A stretch of 64,000 bases of DNA, taken from assembly GCA_965285935.1 (NCBI GenBank), contig OZ260663.1, forward strand, positions 81,778,001 through 81,842,000, read 5' to 3'. Positions 27,201 through 42,200 of this stretch are shown here, in pieces (within the stretch, counting starts at the first letter, position 1; each line of letters begins with the position of its first letter). The notes beneath the pieces are model-generated. The model was not told the origin of the DNA. It saw only the letters and a list, made by a program, of their open reading frames with translations, and did no database searches. The DNA is from Ophelia neglecta. Its lineage: Eukaryota. The translations under genes were made by a program, and so were the position numbers.

Positions 27201-30200
27201 ATTTGCTGTGGAGAATTCCAATAATTAATGTTTAAAAGATATTTTTACAGGAGCTATGAGAATATCTTGGTATATGTTTCAATGAATGGTGCTTGACTTA
27301 TTTCAACCCCTTGTGAAATTTGTGAACTAGAAGGACAATATGGTATTAAAGTTAACATATGCTTGAAGTTTTAAACAAAGTCTCAGTCACTGGTGATGAC
27401 CTCCTGCCTGTCCTTAGCCTTAGTGCCCATCTTTTGACAATATGCTTGAAGTTACTTCATTTCATGTTCTGTGACTGTACTTGCACAGGTTAGCCTTTTC
27501 TGCAAGGCATTTTCATATTGGAGCCATAGCATAAGAGAACCTAGTTCTGATCAGTTGAGTGACAGACCCAGCCTATTGGCAAGCTACCAGTGTTTTTTGT
27601 CAGCCCCATACAAGCATGCTGTAATTGATTAAAATATTTATGTCTAACATAACTACGTACAATTTAATGGGGGGACTTCTTTCTCCTTGACCTAAGGTTA
27701 ACCCCTCAAGGTGAGTGCTAGGACCTACCCAGGAGTGAAGCTGGTTAGAAGGAAAATGCTGACGCAGCCAGCATGATGTTTATTGGTGGCACCATAACAC
27801 AATATTGTTTGTTTCCCACCCTTTTTATTATACAAAGGGTAGGATATGTATTAGGCCAAGTCCTCAGCCATTTATTTTGGCTATAGCTTGTTAGGCCCAC
27901 AGTATCTATATCGGACAAGTATGGTATATATGCCTGGGAAATTTGTTTGAATTAGTAGTGCAACCGTAATGCCTATACTCCTTCCTCTAGAGCAATATGG
28001 TGACAAAAGCTTGTTCACAAGATTGCACAAAAAGTATAGGAATTACGGGGGTGAAATTGACAGGGAAGAAATGTTAACATAGACTCATAAATTTTTGGTG
28101 AAATCGGAATAAATTCATTGATAAAGCAATGCCAAATAAAATTGCGAGCGGAAAAAAATGTAAACCTTTTTTTTCTTTCTTGCTATTTCATGCAATTTCC
28201 AGTGTTTTGAGCAAATCAAATATTTGGGGGGGGGGGGGGGGTTGGGAATTTTAAACTTTTTTTAAATTTTTTGCTTCTGTTGCCATTTCCTATGATATCC
28301 AGTGTTTGAGCAAATATATATTTTGAAGATCTTTGTGGAGGGATCTGGGACTTTTTCACCTTGTCATGCGATTCCAGTGTTGAGCAAATTTAACATTTTT
28401 GGTGTGGGTCTTGGACCTAGCTTTGTAGCAAAATTTGCCAAATTTTTCCTTTTTTTATTGCCATTTCATGCCATTTTCAGTGTTTTGAAGAAGTTAATAA
28501 TTTGGGGGGAGGGGGTCTGGGACCCACTCTAGCTTTGACTTTGCAAGGAGCCATATTAAGACACCTGTTTACTATCCCATTCAATTGGTGGGATGCTTGC
28601 ATTTCTAAACTCCTTGTTTTCAGAATGTACTTATTGTCCTCTTTCAAAACAGGATGTTTACAGTTACTTGTAGGTAGACTGGACAACAACTCCTAGATGT
28701 GTTTGTGTCAGATTTTATCACATGTTCAGATTGTATGAGACCATGGGCTATGAATTCCTGTGGGGTCAAAACTACATTTGGGTGGTATGACTTGGAATAA
28801 GTTCATCCTAATTTTTAAGTGATTGTTACCCAGAGAAAGTTGACCCCCCCCTCCCCTCCCCCCCCCCCCCCCATTGTGTTTTAATTCATACTAATTTACA
28901 AGTGAACCCTCCCCATCTTATCATAGATCCAGAATCAATCAATAGTGTGCTAAATGCAACTGTTAACAGCATGGAAAATTGTAATAAATTTCTAGTGTAG
29001 ATAAAGACTACCATTAGAAAAAGATTTTATGGTGTTTCCTGCAGTGGTGTCTCTAAATATCCACACTCTTTCTGTGCTGCTCTCAGTGCCAATGTGAATG
29101 GCTAATAATCCAGATTTGTTCTCTGACTCAGTCTGCTGGCTGTTTAAGGCCTGTGCCTCAAGGATGGGCCAGCCTCAAGCCATTGTGTGGGTTCCCTTAA
29201 CCTTAACCTTTGACCTACATGCACTGTTTAGATGGTCAGTGAATGGATTTTGACCTGTGAATGTCCCCATCTCGAACCAGAGGTTCCTGCTGAATTAAAT
29301 GTTCCTCCGCCTGGTAAAGCCTGGTCACTTTCTTGGCATGATCCTGCTCATTTTCTCTCTTGTGAAGTCTATGTATAGCTATAGGACAAATTAAAATGAT
29401 GTTATTAATAAAGAAATATGTTTGATCTTTCTTGCTTTAATCTTGCTGGAAAGATGATCTCCAAAATCAAGGCCCAAGTTATCTGTTTTTCTGACTATAA
29501 TTGGTAAATAGCTTAAACTAGACAGCCATTTGTGTCAGGTAATTGTGCATTTCTTGAACATGGGCTGGTTTTCAAGACACCATGATCATAGAAATATACT
29601 CTTTACTGTATGGGAGGTGGTGTCTTTGTTACAAAAAGATTCATCTGATATTTTTGACGTCCATGAACGAGCAGTATCTTTGGAAATTGATATTGTTTAT
29701 TAAGGGTTTTTGAGCAAGAACATATTGTGTGAGGGAAAGGTCGGTGCTGAAATGTTTTTTGTCACTTGTAGGGCTGTTATATATATGCAACATTTAGCTA
29801 GTCTTGTCTACAGAAAAACAATCATTGAGTAAAAGCTCTTCATTGTTACCTACACTAGCTTACTGCAATTAATGTCTTCCTTTTGTTGCCAATGAAGTAG
29901 TTTTTTTATGCTGAAGAAAGCTCCCAGAGGGGGTTGAAGCTCTGCCTACTCTGACTACTTCTAATCTGGGCTGGAAACAACATGGCAGTTTTGGCTGTAA
30001 GATGCTTGCAGCCAAGGCTGCTGAGTAAAAGTTACAATAGTATATGGGACATAAATCCAAGGCACAAAACTTCCAAGACTTGCATGTAAGAACCCTTGTG
30101 ATTGATCCATACTCAACTTGAATGAGTTTTGATGCAACTACAACTTCCAACCAATGACAGGGCAGTTTACTGCACTGTTTTGGATTCCGTAACTGGCCAT

Positions 30201-33200
30201 TCTATGCGACTCTATGCCTGTTTTGTGCTGTTTCCTGTCTCTTTCTAGGGATATTTCAGAAAGCAATGCAGTTGCTGAGATTTGGAACCTAAACCTAATG
30301 ATAAGCACACATTTGCATGCATATACCAAAAATAATCACACAAACTAACCAAAGTTTGCATAGCCATTTTGTCAAAAAATTATCATCAGAAATTGGCAAC
30401 ACCCAATCTGAGTCATGCGCCCTCCCCTCCGATCCCCACCAGGTACTGACAATGTACACCCTTACCCATTAAGGTATACAGATTCACATCCATTGTTACC
30501 TTAATAGTATTACTCTTGAAAACTGGAAAGGTCCAGAAGAAAAGATTTGCCACATCAGAACATTTTTCCTGAAAAATATGAAATGGCCTGAAAAGAATTG
30601 CCTATTCAGGACATGTCCAGAAGGTTATCAACGATAGGAAAAACACTGCAACCAAGAAACTCCTTTGGACATGACACAGGCCAAATAATCTGCATTACAG
30701 TCTGTGGATGCTCCTCCCATTTTTAAAAAGCCCCGTGAATATCGAGAGATACATCTCAGATTAAGGGAGTGTGTCCAACTTAACACGTACATGTAGGGGT
30801 ATGTTTGTTTTTTGTGCCAGAGTATTGGGCAGCTAGGAACACCATCCTAGTTCCTTGAATATGTGGTCACTCCGTGTTTTGTAGTTAAAGAAGTCATTTT
30901 GGTGGTTTAATAGTTTATTTGGTTAGGGGAAGTTTGGACATTTTGCTCATCCCTTCCCAAGCTGGCAGAGTAGATTATATTGAAGAGTCTGTGTGCCAGT
31001 CTGTGTCTGTCCGGGTATGTTTAAGTCTGTGTCAGGTAATGGGTCAGTCCATGTGCCTGTCTGTTGGTCAGTCTGTGGGCCAGGGAATGGGTCTGTTGGT
31101 TGGTCAGTCTGTGTGTCAGGGTATGGGTCAGTCTATGTGTGAGCCTATGTGTCAGGGTATGGGTCAGTCTGGGTGCCTATCTGTGTCAGTGTATGTGTCA
31201 GTGTATGTGTCAGTGTATGTGTCATGGTTTGGGTCAGTGTATGAGTCAGTCTGTATGCCTGTCTGTGTGTCAGTCATCAGTCTATGTGTCAGTATGTGTG
31301 TCAGGGTATATGTGAGTCTGTGTGTCAGGGCTTGTATATGTCCATGTTTCAGGGTATATGACATTTTGTCAGTTTGGGTGTCAGCGTATGTATGTAGGTA
31401 CATGTATGTGTGAGGGTTTGATTCAGTCAATGTGTAAGTCAGCCTACATGGCAGAGTAGGTGGAGTATAAATGGACATGGTGTACACAGTCATGTATCTC
31501 AGATTAAGGGACCCTTGTTTTGGGGTATGCATCAGTCTATGTGACAGTCTATGTGACAGTCTATGTGACATGGTTACTAAGCTAGCAGTCTATGTGACAT
31601 TCTATATGACAGTATGTGACAGTCTATGTGACAGTCTATGTGGCAGAGTTACTAAGCTGGCAGTCTATGTGACAGTCTGAGACATTCTACTTGACAGGGT
31701 TACTAAGGTGGGGTATCGTACATATTGTACATGAGATATACATGTTGTATCTCCGATTGAGGGACTCTATATGTGTCAGTCTATGTCAGATGGTATGTGG
31801 TAGTCGGTGGGTTAGCCGTCTAATAGATTGGGAAGCAGTGGTGTTTCCTGCTAGGTATCACCTGATCAATCACACTGGCAGTCACAGCTACACCAGCCAG
31901 GACCAGAACAGTCCAATACTAATCTCATTGGCTCCCTCCACTGCTCCATCCTCTACTGCTATACCTAAAATCAATGAGGAGTCCTGCCCCATGATCTCAA
32001 GACACTGTCATCAACATCTTATGAGATTTGAGTGGGCTTTTCTTCTGCTATTTCATTATAAATAAACACAGATTGTGCAAGCCATTTTTGCTATTTGTTT
32101 TGGCCCTTTGCCGAAGTGGTTAGTCACAATGAAACTTTACAAGTGTTGTTTTTTGAAGGTTTATCATAATATCAAGATGCTATGGGTACGATTAAAACTC
32201 CTTGTTCATAAGCATTGTTCCATCAGCACCTTTAACTCTTTTCATGCCTATTGTCCAGAGGGTAAAGATGTCACAACCCAGGGATATGTGTGCAAGGGTA
32301 ATTAAATTAATCACACTATTACCTTAGATTAAGACCTAACCCTGCCTATGCTAGATGGTTTCATACACTTGACACAGTTTGCCCTGTAGCCTAACCACCG
32401 CCAGTTCTTTACACATGTAAGCAGGTTGGTAAATACTGTTCACTGAGTTGTACAGTCTGTTGGGGGAGTTTAATGTATACCTGGGCCTGTTGTTAAACCT
32501 GCCGTATTTGTTTAGTGGTGACAATGGCACCCTACAACCCCTCCTAACAAATCACGGTCTGGTGCAAATATTGACCAACATTCTTGGTCAAGCTTGGGAC
32601 ACCATGACGGTCTCGTATTCTGTGCCTTAGTTTTACATGTATGTATTGTGAACAAGTGTGAAAAAGAAAGTGTGTGATAAGCAAGGAAATCCTCCTCAAT
32701 ATACTGGACAGAGCAAAATATAAGTCTTCTTTAGCTTTAGAATTGATGCCCCTGGCTCAAAACAGTGTGAAAACCAAAGTGTTCTGTTTGAATGATTTAG
32801 TGTGGACATTATTCTATTTAGTGTGGCTTGTGTCCCCTTCAGTCATATTTTACAGGTTACACACTGACTATGTAGAGTTTGGCAGAAATTTCATTACTTA
32901 CATTTGGCTACTACCAAACTATGTAGCAGTGATTACTGATAGTAGGTAGGCAGAAAAGTGGCGTACACTGCCGACTGGCACACAGGGACATGTCAGGGGA
33001 GGTATCGATTCCTGCCTTCTACATGTGGGGTAGGGTGCCAACTATTCTGCAGGAGGGACATTTTGGGAGGGGGGGGGGATCCAAAATGTGTCCATAGGTT
33101 TTTTATGATCCCCTTTATTGGACTATATGTGGTATAAAGTAGTCTTAATATTTAATGTAATAACCAAATATCTTGTCTGACTTGTCATTTCATTATCATT

Positions 33201-36200
33201 AAATTGTTTTCTGGTCTTAACAAGTACAAGAACAGACAAATGACTAAATATAAGGAATGTTCAGATCTGTTAATTTGGAGATAAGCTCCCTGAGCTTGTT
33301 TTGGGGTCTCACCCTTGTTTACCCTCTCACCAGCTTGGCGGCTCACAGTTTCAATAATGAAGTCCACTGGTGGATCAATAAATATGCACAGATAGCCAGG
33401 TATTGAAGGGACAATGGAATATGTTGGCGCCACAGTGGAGGACTCTGTGATGTCCCCTGCCAGAGGTCTGTACAGAGAGGGAGGGAAAGAGAGGAAGCAC
33501 AGTACAGACACTGTGCCAGTTAACTGCCAGTAAGCAACAAGTAAATTGTGCCGACTACCTGGATCTGAAAGGTGGTCTGTCTGCAAGGCACTAAGTACTA
33601 TAGCAGATTGTTCAGTAATGTCTGAGAATAGCAGGGTTTGGGGGGGGGGGGGGGTAGCAGTTATTGTTTCCTAGCCACTTTAGTACCTCTACCTTACTTT
33701 TTTTTTATCCTGTTGATATTCCTTAGTCCCCCATTGAAGAACAAGTAACATTTAGGTGACAGATTCAGATTTCAGTATTTAATGGCTAAGTGGAGGGTTT
33801 CCATTCCCAGTTCAAATTTATTGCCAATTTGCTTATAGGGCACACAAGCTTACTTGAGACTGCCAAACATCACATGAAACAATAATTCTGATTGGTTGTC
33901 AGTGTGCAATTACACAACTAAAAATGAAAATTTAATTGCTTACTGCAATAGAGAAAACCAGAAGGTCAATCACTCTAGAAGTTTATAAAACATGGAATGT
34001 GGTGCTGTGCTTTGTGGGTCACAGTGTTTTATGGGTGGAAATGCAGGTTTTTGTGTTGTGCCAAAATTTGTGCGAATTCAGGATTTCCGACAGAACAGGA
34101 AGTTTTAAACTATTTTTATCAGTAATTCTTGGTTAGTTTCTTGATTTGCAATCAATGAAACATAATCAAACTGGTAGTGTAGTTAGCTCATGCCTTGTTC
34201 TATTTTCTGTATTGATTTGTCAACAGGCGTTATGGTGATTTATTGTGCGTCTGCTCATTGCCCGTCTGCTCATTGCCCGTGAGTTGTGGCTGGCACTTGG
34301 ACTTGTGCCCCCCTGGATTCTTAGACTGGTCATAGGTGTACATCCATGGTATCATTCCAAGAAACTATGTCATTGTTTCCATGGCAACCTGGAATCAGTT
34401 TTGTTGGATGGTAATGTAGATGTTGCTGCTGTGACTATTTGGATCAGTCTATTCTAGAATCCCAGGGATGACAGATCAGCTAGGGCTGAATTTCCCTGAT
34501 AAAATCAATATTTCTTGGTGGTAGTTGTCTAACATTCCACATGTGTTGTATAAAGTCCCACTCCGGCAGACAATTAAACTATCGGAGGCAGTATAGTAAA
34601 TATATTTATTTTCCTAAGCCTGACTCTAGTGGCAGGTGTAGCACCTGGCTCGTTCAAAAAACAACAATGACTTTTAACTTTTGCCTAAGCCTATCTTTAG
34701 CTAGGATGAGAATCAACTCTGCAATGGTATCTGTAAAACCCCAACACTTTAGACAGTGGTGAAAACATGGCACATTATGACATTTTGGGGTTTGTATCAA
34801 TACCAAACCCTTTCATTTCACCTGCTTTGACCCACTTAAATCTTTACTAAGTCAAATGAAATGTGACATAGTGGACTTTGATTTCTTTTAGTCTGTTTTT
34901 TTTGCATTGATTTTACCTATGGAAAGTTACATTTTATATGAAATACACATAAGGTAGCTTGAGACAATAAAAGTATTTACAGGTTTATTGTTGTACTTAC
35001 ACTGTGCTGGGCGCTGTATTCCAGCTCAAATAAGATATTCATATTCATTAGCAGTGGAAGCAGCATTTTATCTTGGTGAATAATTAGAGAAAACAATAGA
35101 CTTTTCGTTTTAGACTGGGTTGGTTTGTTAACTAGATGGCATGATCTCTACACCTTATTTTATATGATAAAAGACACACTTGGTTAATCTAATACTTAAG
35201 TTAATGTCCTTTACTGAATTATTTCTTGATTAAGATGGTAAGTTCTAAGTAATATGTATGTCTATTGTATAACACACACTCACACACACTTCTATAGCTA
35301 CCTATGTATGCATGTATACACACATGTATACACACATATATATCTGGGCAGAATGAAATGGCTGCATTCCAATAGGCATTTTCTGTAAATAATAAACATT
35401 AGCTTGAATTTTAATTCATTCATATGCATGTATAAGTGCATAATCTGTGTCCCGCTGTGGCTGCACAGTGTGGGATATTTCTGGGCTGATGCACGCTTGT
35501 TTTCCTACCAAAAATCGATTGTGCGGAGTCGAGGCATAATGGTGGGATATACCATCTTGGTATAGGTAAACCACAAAGTGATTTGAAAGGTAAAGGTAAA
35601 AATCACTTTAACTAGCGAGGGCGGCTGCTTCAAGTGGCAATTTGTACCGGTAATTATTGCTTAAATTTGCCGTAAAATTGCTGCAGGTGACTTTGTTTTG
35701 GAGCTTGTTTGGGCCTACCCCCAGCCTGTAAGCATTTATTGGTGCATTGGCTCAGAGAGGTCAGAGAGACAAAATCAATATGCCTGGCTGTTACAACAAT
35801 ACCACACACCCCCCTCCTCTGGGAATGGCTAGCTTTCCACTGCCAGAGCTACTGCTTGCCTAACAGTGTACTAATGTGCAAATGCATTGAATAACTGCAG
35901 CAAAGTAATAAGGAGTGACAACTATTATACAGAGTACTTAGGTTTCTCACCATTGTTTTCTGTATCTGCAAGTTACCAAGAGAAGTAGATCCCTGCTTTG
36001 TTGCTGGGATATTGTCTGAATTTTAAAAATAAAATGTTTTATTCCTTTAGGATCAAATGATGTTTAAATTCATTGTATAACTGTGGTAATATTATCATAT
36101 ATTTAAATTTAGTGAATCTAAAGGCCATACCCCAGGTACTCAGTGATATGTCCAGAGCGTTATCATCTAAATATCATGATTTCTGGAATACATCCATAAT

Positions 36201-39200
36201 TTATTTATCTTTATTTTAAATGCTGTACAACAACAACAAAAAGGTTGACAAATAAATATACAAACATCTCTTTAATGACATTATCAAAACATTGTTCATG
36301 TACACGAATAAAGATTAAGGACTTAGTGAAAGGCAAATTTAACCAGGAATGTTTTGTATTGACAATAATCGTATCACATAATAGAGTGTTTACTGTATAA
36401 TGAAAAAAAAAGTATAACAATAAAACATAAAGAATGAACAACATACTGAGATATAATAGTATTATGGTGTAATGAATGTCAAATATATTAACTGTCTAGA
36501 GTTATATGGCTGTGGTTTGTATGATTTTAAAGAAATTGTTTTTCCTTCCAGAATCCACCGGCACCGAGTCCATTAGGTGGGCAGATGCCTCCTCAGGATG
36601 GCATGCCAGGAGGGCCCATGCCTCCTGGTTTCTTTCCTGTAAGTATTCTAACCACCTTACCTGTAAGTCAATATTGTGTCTGATGGTTGCTTCCATCACT
36701 ACACCTCCAAGTGCCAGCCGTCATTGTCTGATGGCTCACGTAGATCTAAACACATAATTTGAGACAACAAAATAAGGTACTGCTGCAGCCTACACACCAC
36801 TTGCTAATTCTCCCGCCTGGAGTGCAACCCCAACTAAACATTTAAAACATCCAGCTATTGCCACATTCAACAAAGAGTAGTGCAACCTTGTTTACTTCTA
36901 ACCAAGTTCCTATAAATTTGCAGTTGTAAACTGAAACACCAACTAAATACCTGTCGACCAAGGGCGAAGCCCTTCACAATGTTATTTAGTTAAATACTCA
37001 TATGTTGGACTAAAATTATTGGTAAAAGTTTTGTGCAAAGTAGTATGTTAATCAAATAACAACTGCATGCCTTCATTCTACACTCACATGTAAATGACCT
37101 TACCGGATCCCATCACAAGCCCAACAAGTCTTCAACATGTCCATAACATATTATATGTCAATGATAGTGGAACATTCACACACAAACTTGTGTTTGGAAA
37201 GAAACAAAATACAAAATAATTCCCAGTTATGCTAGAACCAAGGACTATTTCAATCCAAAACCACTTTCGACCATCCCTCCTGTCTTCAGCTCCTTACCCT
37301 CCTTAAGACTTGCACTGCGTTGTACCAGTGTGTTCAATCTATGATTTAAGTAGTAATCACACATTTTCCAACTAATTATAATGTTATCATTGGTATAATT
37401 ATATACCCATCTTTGGTGCTTTTTGTTGCATGTATTCCTGACTTCGTTGATTTAAATAGTTTTTACAATAGGCAGTCAAGCATGAGCATTTTGATGACAG
37501 GTCCTCTCTCCTTCAGTCACACATACAAGTCTATAGTAGACGTGCACCAACTGTAGCCTGTTCTTCGTCTGCCAGGTGTCCACGCCCACTGTTAGCTCAA
37601 TGAATTACCTGTAATCATACAAGTTAAAACGCTATTGATACTGATGCTGTAGAAATGATTAACTGTAGAAATTCTTAACTATACATCTTTTTAAGGAAAG
37701 TGTTTAACAAGGCTTGCTACACCTAATCTATCCAGGATACCTGGATTCTTATATGAAGTATTTTATGGAAGTATGAAACAGAGTGATATAGTGCTATTGT
37801 AATATTTTACTGGTGGATGCCCCTTTATATAAGACTAAAACAACTTTAAAAGCCACATTTTAATACAAAAAGTAAAATTATAACAAGTCTTTAAAATAAT
37901 CCCACATTCATAGTAAAGCTCTTCTGTATGTAAAAGGATAACTTTCCACAACTTTTGGTGGACACACTACACATAAAAGTAGCCTTGCCAATACTAGTAG
38001 TAGATTTTCCCAATACCCTCACACTAGTTTAATTCGATTTAACAAAGAATTGCTGCAATAAAATGATAGACCTTAGTTTTAATAGTGTTTTGTTACAACT
38101 AGTCTTGTTAAATGAGTTTTTGGTCAATTGATGACTAACCACTAGACCAATCTCTGTGTTTTCAGTTCAATTTAATACGTGTACATGCAGGAAATAATGA
38201 CTGACTTTAAGAATTATCACAGTCTATTATCCTGTCTTCTTCTCGGTTATTGCAACAGTATTGGGAGTGTAACAGGCATTCTATTAGGATAGTTTCTTTG
38301 TGATTGGTTGGGTAACTTTGCATGGTAGTATATTTGTCAAATTATACTTAAATCAATTAGAGAGCCTCTCATTCAAGTAAGCAAATCTGAAAATGAAAAT
38401 TGAAGCCTGAAAAGTACATGATCACAAAGCAAATCCATTATCTTGGTGCAGACTACACTTGCATGAATGTTAAATTCTTTGTTACTATGTGGTTTATGAC
38501 AATTGTTTGTTTTTAGACGGATTCTATCTGCTTTTTTTCCATAAAATTATGCTGCAGCATGCCTTGCCTGCCCTGAGTCTTAGCAGCTGATTAGTAATCA
38601 CAACATATTGCATGTTTTACAAATCAAATATCAGCATGGTGTATGAAATCAGAATGAATATAGAGAATAGTATATATTAGCGAAATATATTAACAATTGT
38701 ATTGTTTCTGATGAATCTGCCCACCAAGCAAATAGCTACTTTATGGATGTCTTTGCTAAAATCTAGAAATATACAAGAAAATTCCTAATTGATTCTCATA
38801 TATAGTTATTTAATTTACTTTGAAAACTGAAAAAAAATGTATTTTATTAATGTATCTATGTAAAGGCAGCTTCACCAGAAAAATTCTTGTTCTAAGTAAA
38901 TTGTTTAATCACTGGTCATCATTGGTAGATAAGAGACATGTACATGTATGTATGCAAGAATACCCTTGGGTTTGTGCTTGTTTTAGCAGTCACTGTTGGA
39001 TAAGGTTTCCTCTACCTTAGTTTTGGTGTCTTGGCAAAATTTGTGTACACATCATTCCTTCACCCAATTCCTTCCAAACAAATTGTTTATTATTACCATC
39101 AATTGTTCTTGTCATGAAGAATGCTTGGTTTTGGCTCTCCTTTTTCACATATTTTTATTTATAGTTATTCACTTAAAACAGAACAATACAATTAATCAAT

Positions 39201-42200
39201 GCAAGAAAATTTAGACAAAAATACGGGGATATCTATGCTTCATGCGGACACACAAACACCTGCACATTAGCTCAAGGCCGGGGGTATTCTTGATCGGTAA
39301 CTGATCACCGATTGCTTTTCATTGCTCTGATGGCGCCCTCTGTCTGCCTCACACAGAACTCACACATGCGCCACCCCTCTCCGTCGCACCCGTCAGGCGC
39401 CTCTCAGCCGTCCCCACATCCACATCCGCAGCCTCACCAAATGATGCCACAGAACGCAGTGAGTACACCCAAACCATCCTATACTACTAGTACTAATACT
39501 CCAACAGGGGGAGCCTTAATGCTTACAAGACCCCAATAGCTGTAGCATATGCACTTATGTTTTTTTTTCTGACAGATCTGTTTTAAGTATGTGGAATCTT
39601 TTGACTTTTCTACAAGGACTCCAGGTTTAGCAGGAACATAGCCTTGAATATCTATACAACCTTTCATAGATCTATTTGTCTACATATCTGTGAATTGACA
39701 AGTACCTCAAATACCTATCATTAGATCAAATGTTCATTCGTTTAATACTCGTATTACTAATTTTCATAATTGATAATTAGTTGTTAAAAATACACAATCA
39801 CAATTTGAATCCAACACAATTTCAAGTAAACAATCCGCAAACATACTTCTGCCTATTTTTAAGACAAAGGGGTTATCTAACTCTTCAAAAAAAGGAATCC
39901 TTTTCAACTTCAAACCTAGCTATAATGGACTTATACCAGCAAATGTTGGCGTACAGGATTTTGTGAGGTGTTACACATTGGGCGGCAGAATTCTCCTGTC
40001 CCAAAATTAATAGAAGGATGCATTGCTCTATTTATATTAAGATAGTTGTTTTTAAATTAGGGCTTAAGTTTGAACACTTATGATGTCCTCATTGTCCTGC
40101 TAAAATGTATTTAAATTATACATTCAAATGTATTATGAACCTGTGTTGTATTTATTAAGAAATAAATTTTTCTTCCACAATATTTGTTTGATATTCTTTA
40201 CCTTGCTCCTCCATCTTTAATGTTTCTTTCATCCTCAACTTGAATCAATATTTTCAACATGGAGTCATAATGAAGGCACTGCCTTTTAGTGCCACTGATG
40301 GTTACACTATTTCAGATTTAATTAAAACGTGAAGAAGTTCAGCTGAATAAAGATGCCGTCACCTTTGATAACAACTCTTGGGATTTATGAACACTAGCCA
40401 AGTTATTTTCCATGAAACCTACATGCCTACACAAGTCCTTGACTTGTTTTAAGATAGTCTGTCTGCCCACACACCCACAAACTCTCTTTGATTGCCATGG
40501 TAACCAATTTAGCCCCATTTGTCTACAGTGATTGACTGTACTATATGTCCTCTCGTAAGAAACCTACCTTGAACACTGTCGTCAGAGACCTGCCAATACA
40601 TTGCTGGCTCTGCTACATTTAAAGTGCTGCAGAATACTTGGAGTGCACCTCTGCCTTTTTTCCTACCTGTGTATTTGAAGTTCCTATCTCTTTAAATGGC
40701 CATTACTACTTGATGAATATATTTACTGATAAATATATGAATTTAAAGGAATTTCCATAATTTCGAAATAATGATTCTATTTAGTGTAATGATAAATCAA
40801 CATGGATTTCCAAATCAGTCCTAATGATAAATATGCTAGAGTCTACATGCAGCATATTGCTTGTCTTCTCCTAGAAGTCTGTGAACTCTGCCGATTGGTA
40901 CAACTAGAACATGAAGGTGATTTATGGCTCGGCAACCTGGGCCCAGCCACCCATTCCGCCTAGACCGGCTCCAACAAATTCACCTACTAGGTGTTATGGG
41001 TTTCCTGACCCGTGCCAATGGAAATTGACGCCTACATTAAATCAACCCTCGACTGTTTTTGATTGGGATTGTTGCTTGGGCTGGTGAGAAGGGACCTGGA
41101 GGGTGACAAATCTAAGAGACCACTGGGTTGATGGGAAAAATGCTCATTTATGAAAAGGTCCACGCGTGTGAATGAGTGCAGGTGGTAAACTGTGAATTTC
41201 AAATAAGTCCAGTACTTATTGAAATTCATGTTACCCCCCATAGAACATTAAAATTGATGAAGGCTTTTTTTCTGTTAGCCATGAACTATCTCCTTTTAAA
41301 AAGCCTGGGGAAAACAGAGTTACTATGCACAGTTATTGAAAACTATTTCATAAACATTTCGTTCATTTGCCATCATTTGGCGTGTGGAGTAATCCAGGTT
41401 ATGTGGCACAATGGATGAACAGTAACTACACAAGCTGAAACGAAACTCCCTTGAAGCACTTTTAGTGGTAAACCACAATGAGTAATGTTGCCACCTAGTG
41501 AATGACATGGCACTGTGCTACTTCTTGCCAAAGAAATGACTGCTTTCCTATACACTACTGGTGGAAGGTGATTTTCCAGTAGTATAAGACATCACAGTTT
41601 GATATGCTATTGTGAAAAGTAGTAACCGTGTTCTGTTCATACTGCCAGTGCACAATTTGTGTCTGGCTTCAGGCAGTAAAAAGAAATGTTTATTTCTATA
41701 CCTAGTTAAGGATTCATAGAAAGTGCCATTAGGGTGGTTGTTTAGAAACAAAATATTAATGAGTTAGCTTGTCCAGTGCTAAGTCAACTTTAATCAGGTG
41801 CTGTGAGTTGCATCAATTGTCAGGACTTGACATCCTGGTCAATACTTCTTGTGGGTATTATCCACAATCTTCTCATTTCCGTGGCGGGAGATTTGGCTAA
41901 TTTGTTCACGTTTACCCAGCTTCTCACTTACAGGAAGCTCTCAATCAGAGCTGAAACTACGGCAGGCCATGCCAAGGGGAGGCTGGGAGAGGGCAGGAGC
42001 AGAGACACGATGCTGAGGGCTCGCAAAGAACTGATTGGCTGATCAGGCAATCTATCAGAAAGATGTCAGTGTTTTATATCATGAGAACCGAGATTCTCCT
42101 GAGACCAAACTCACCTGTTGGCCTGGATCGGGAGGCCAGACTTGCAATTTATTATTGCTATAAAGCCTTATGGGGCCTGCCAATGGCCAAAGTAACCTGC

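Noticed and set aside
30919-31680. Cys/Ser/Val-rich and Thr/His-rich ORFs
   Set aside because: They are translations of a 12-bp minisatellite.
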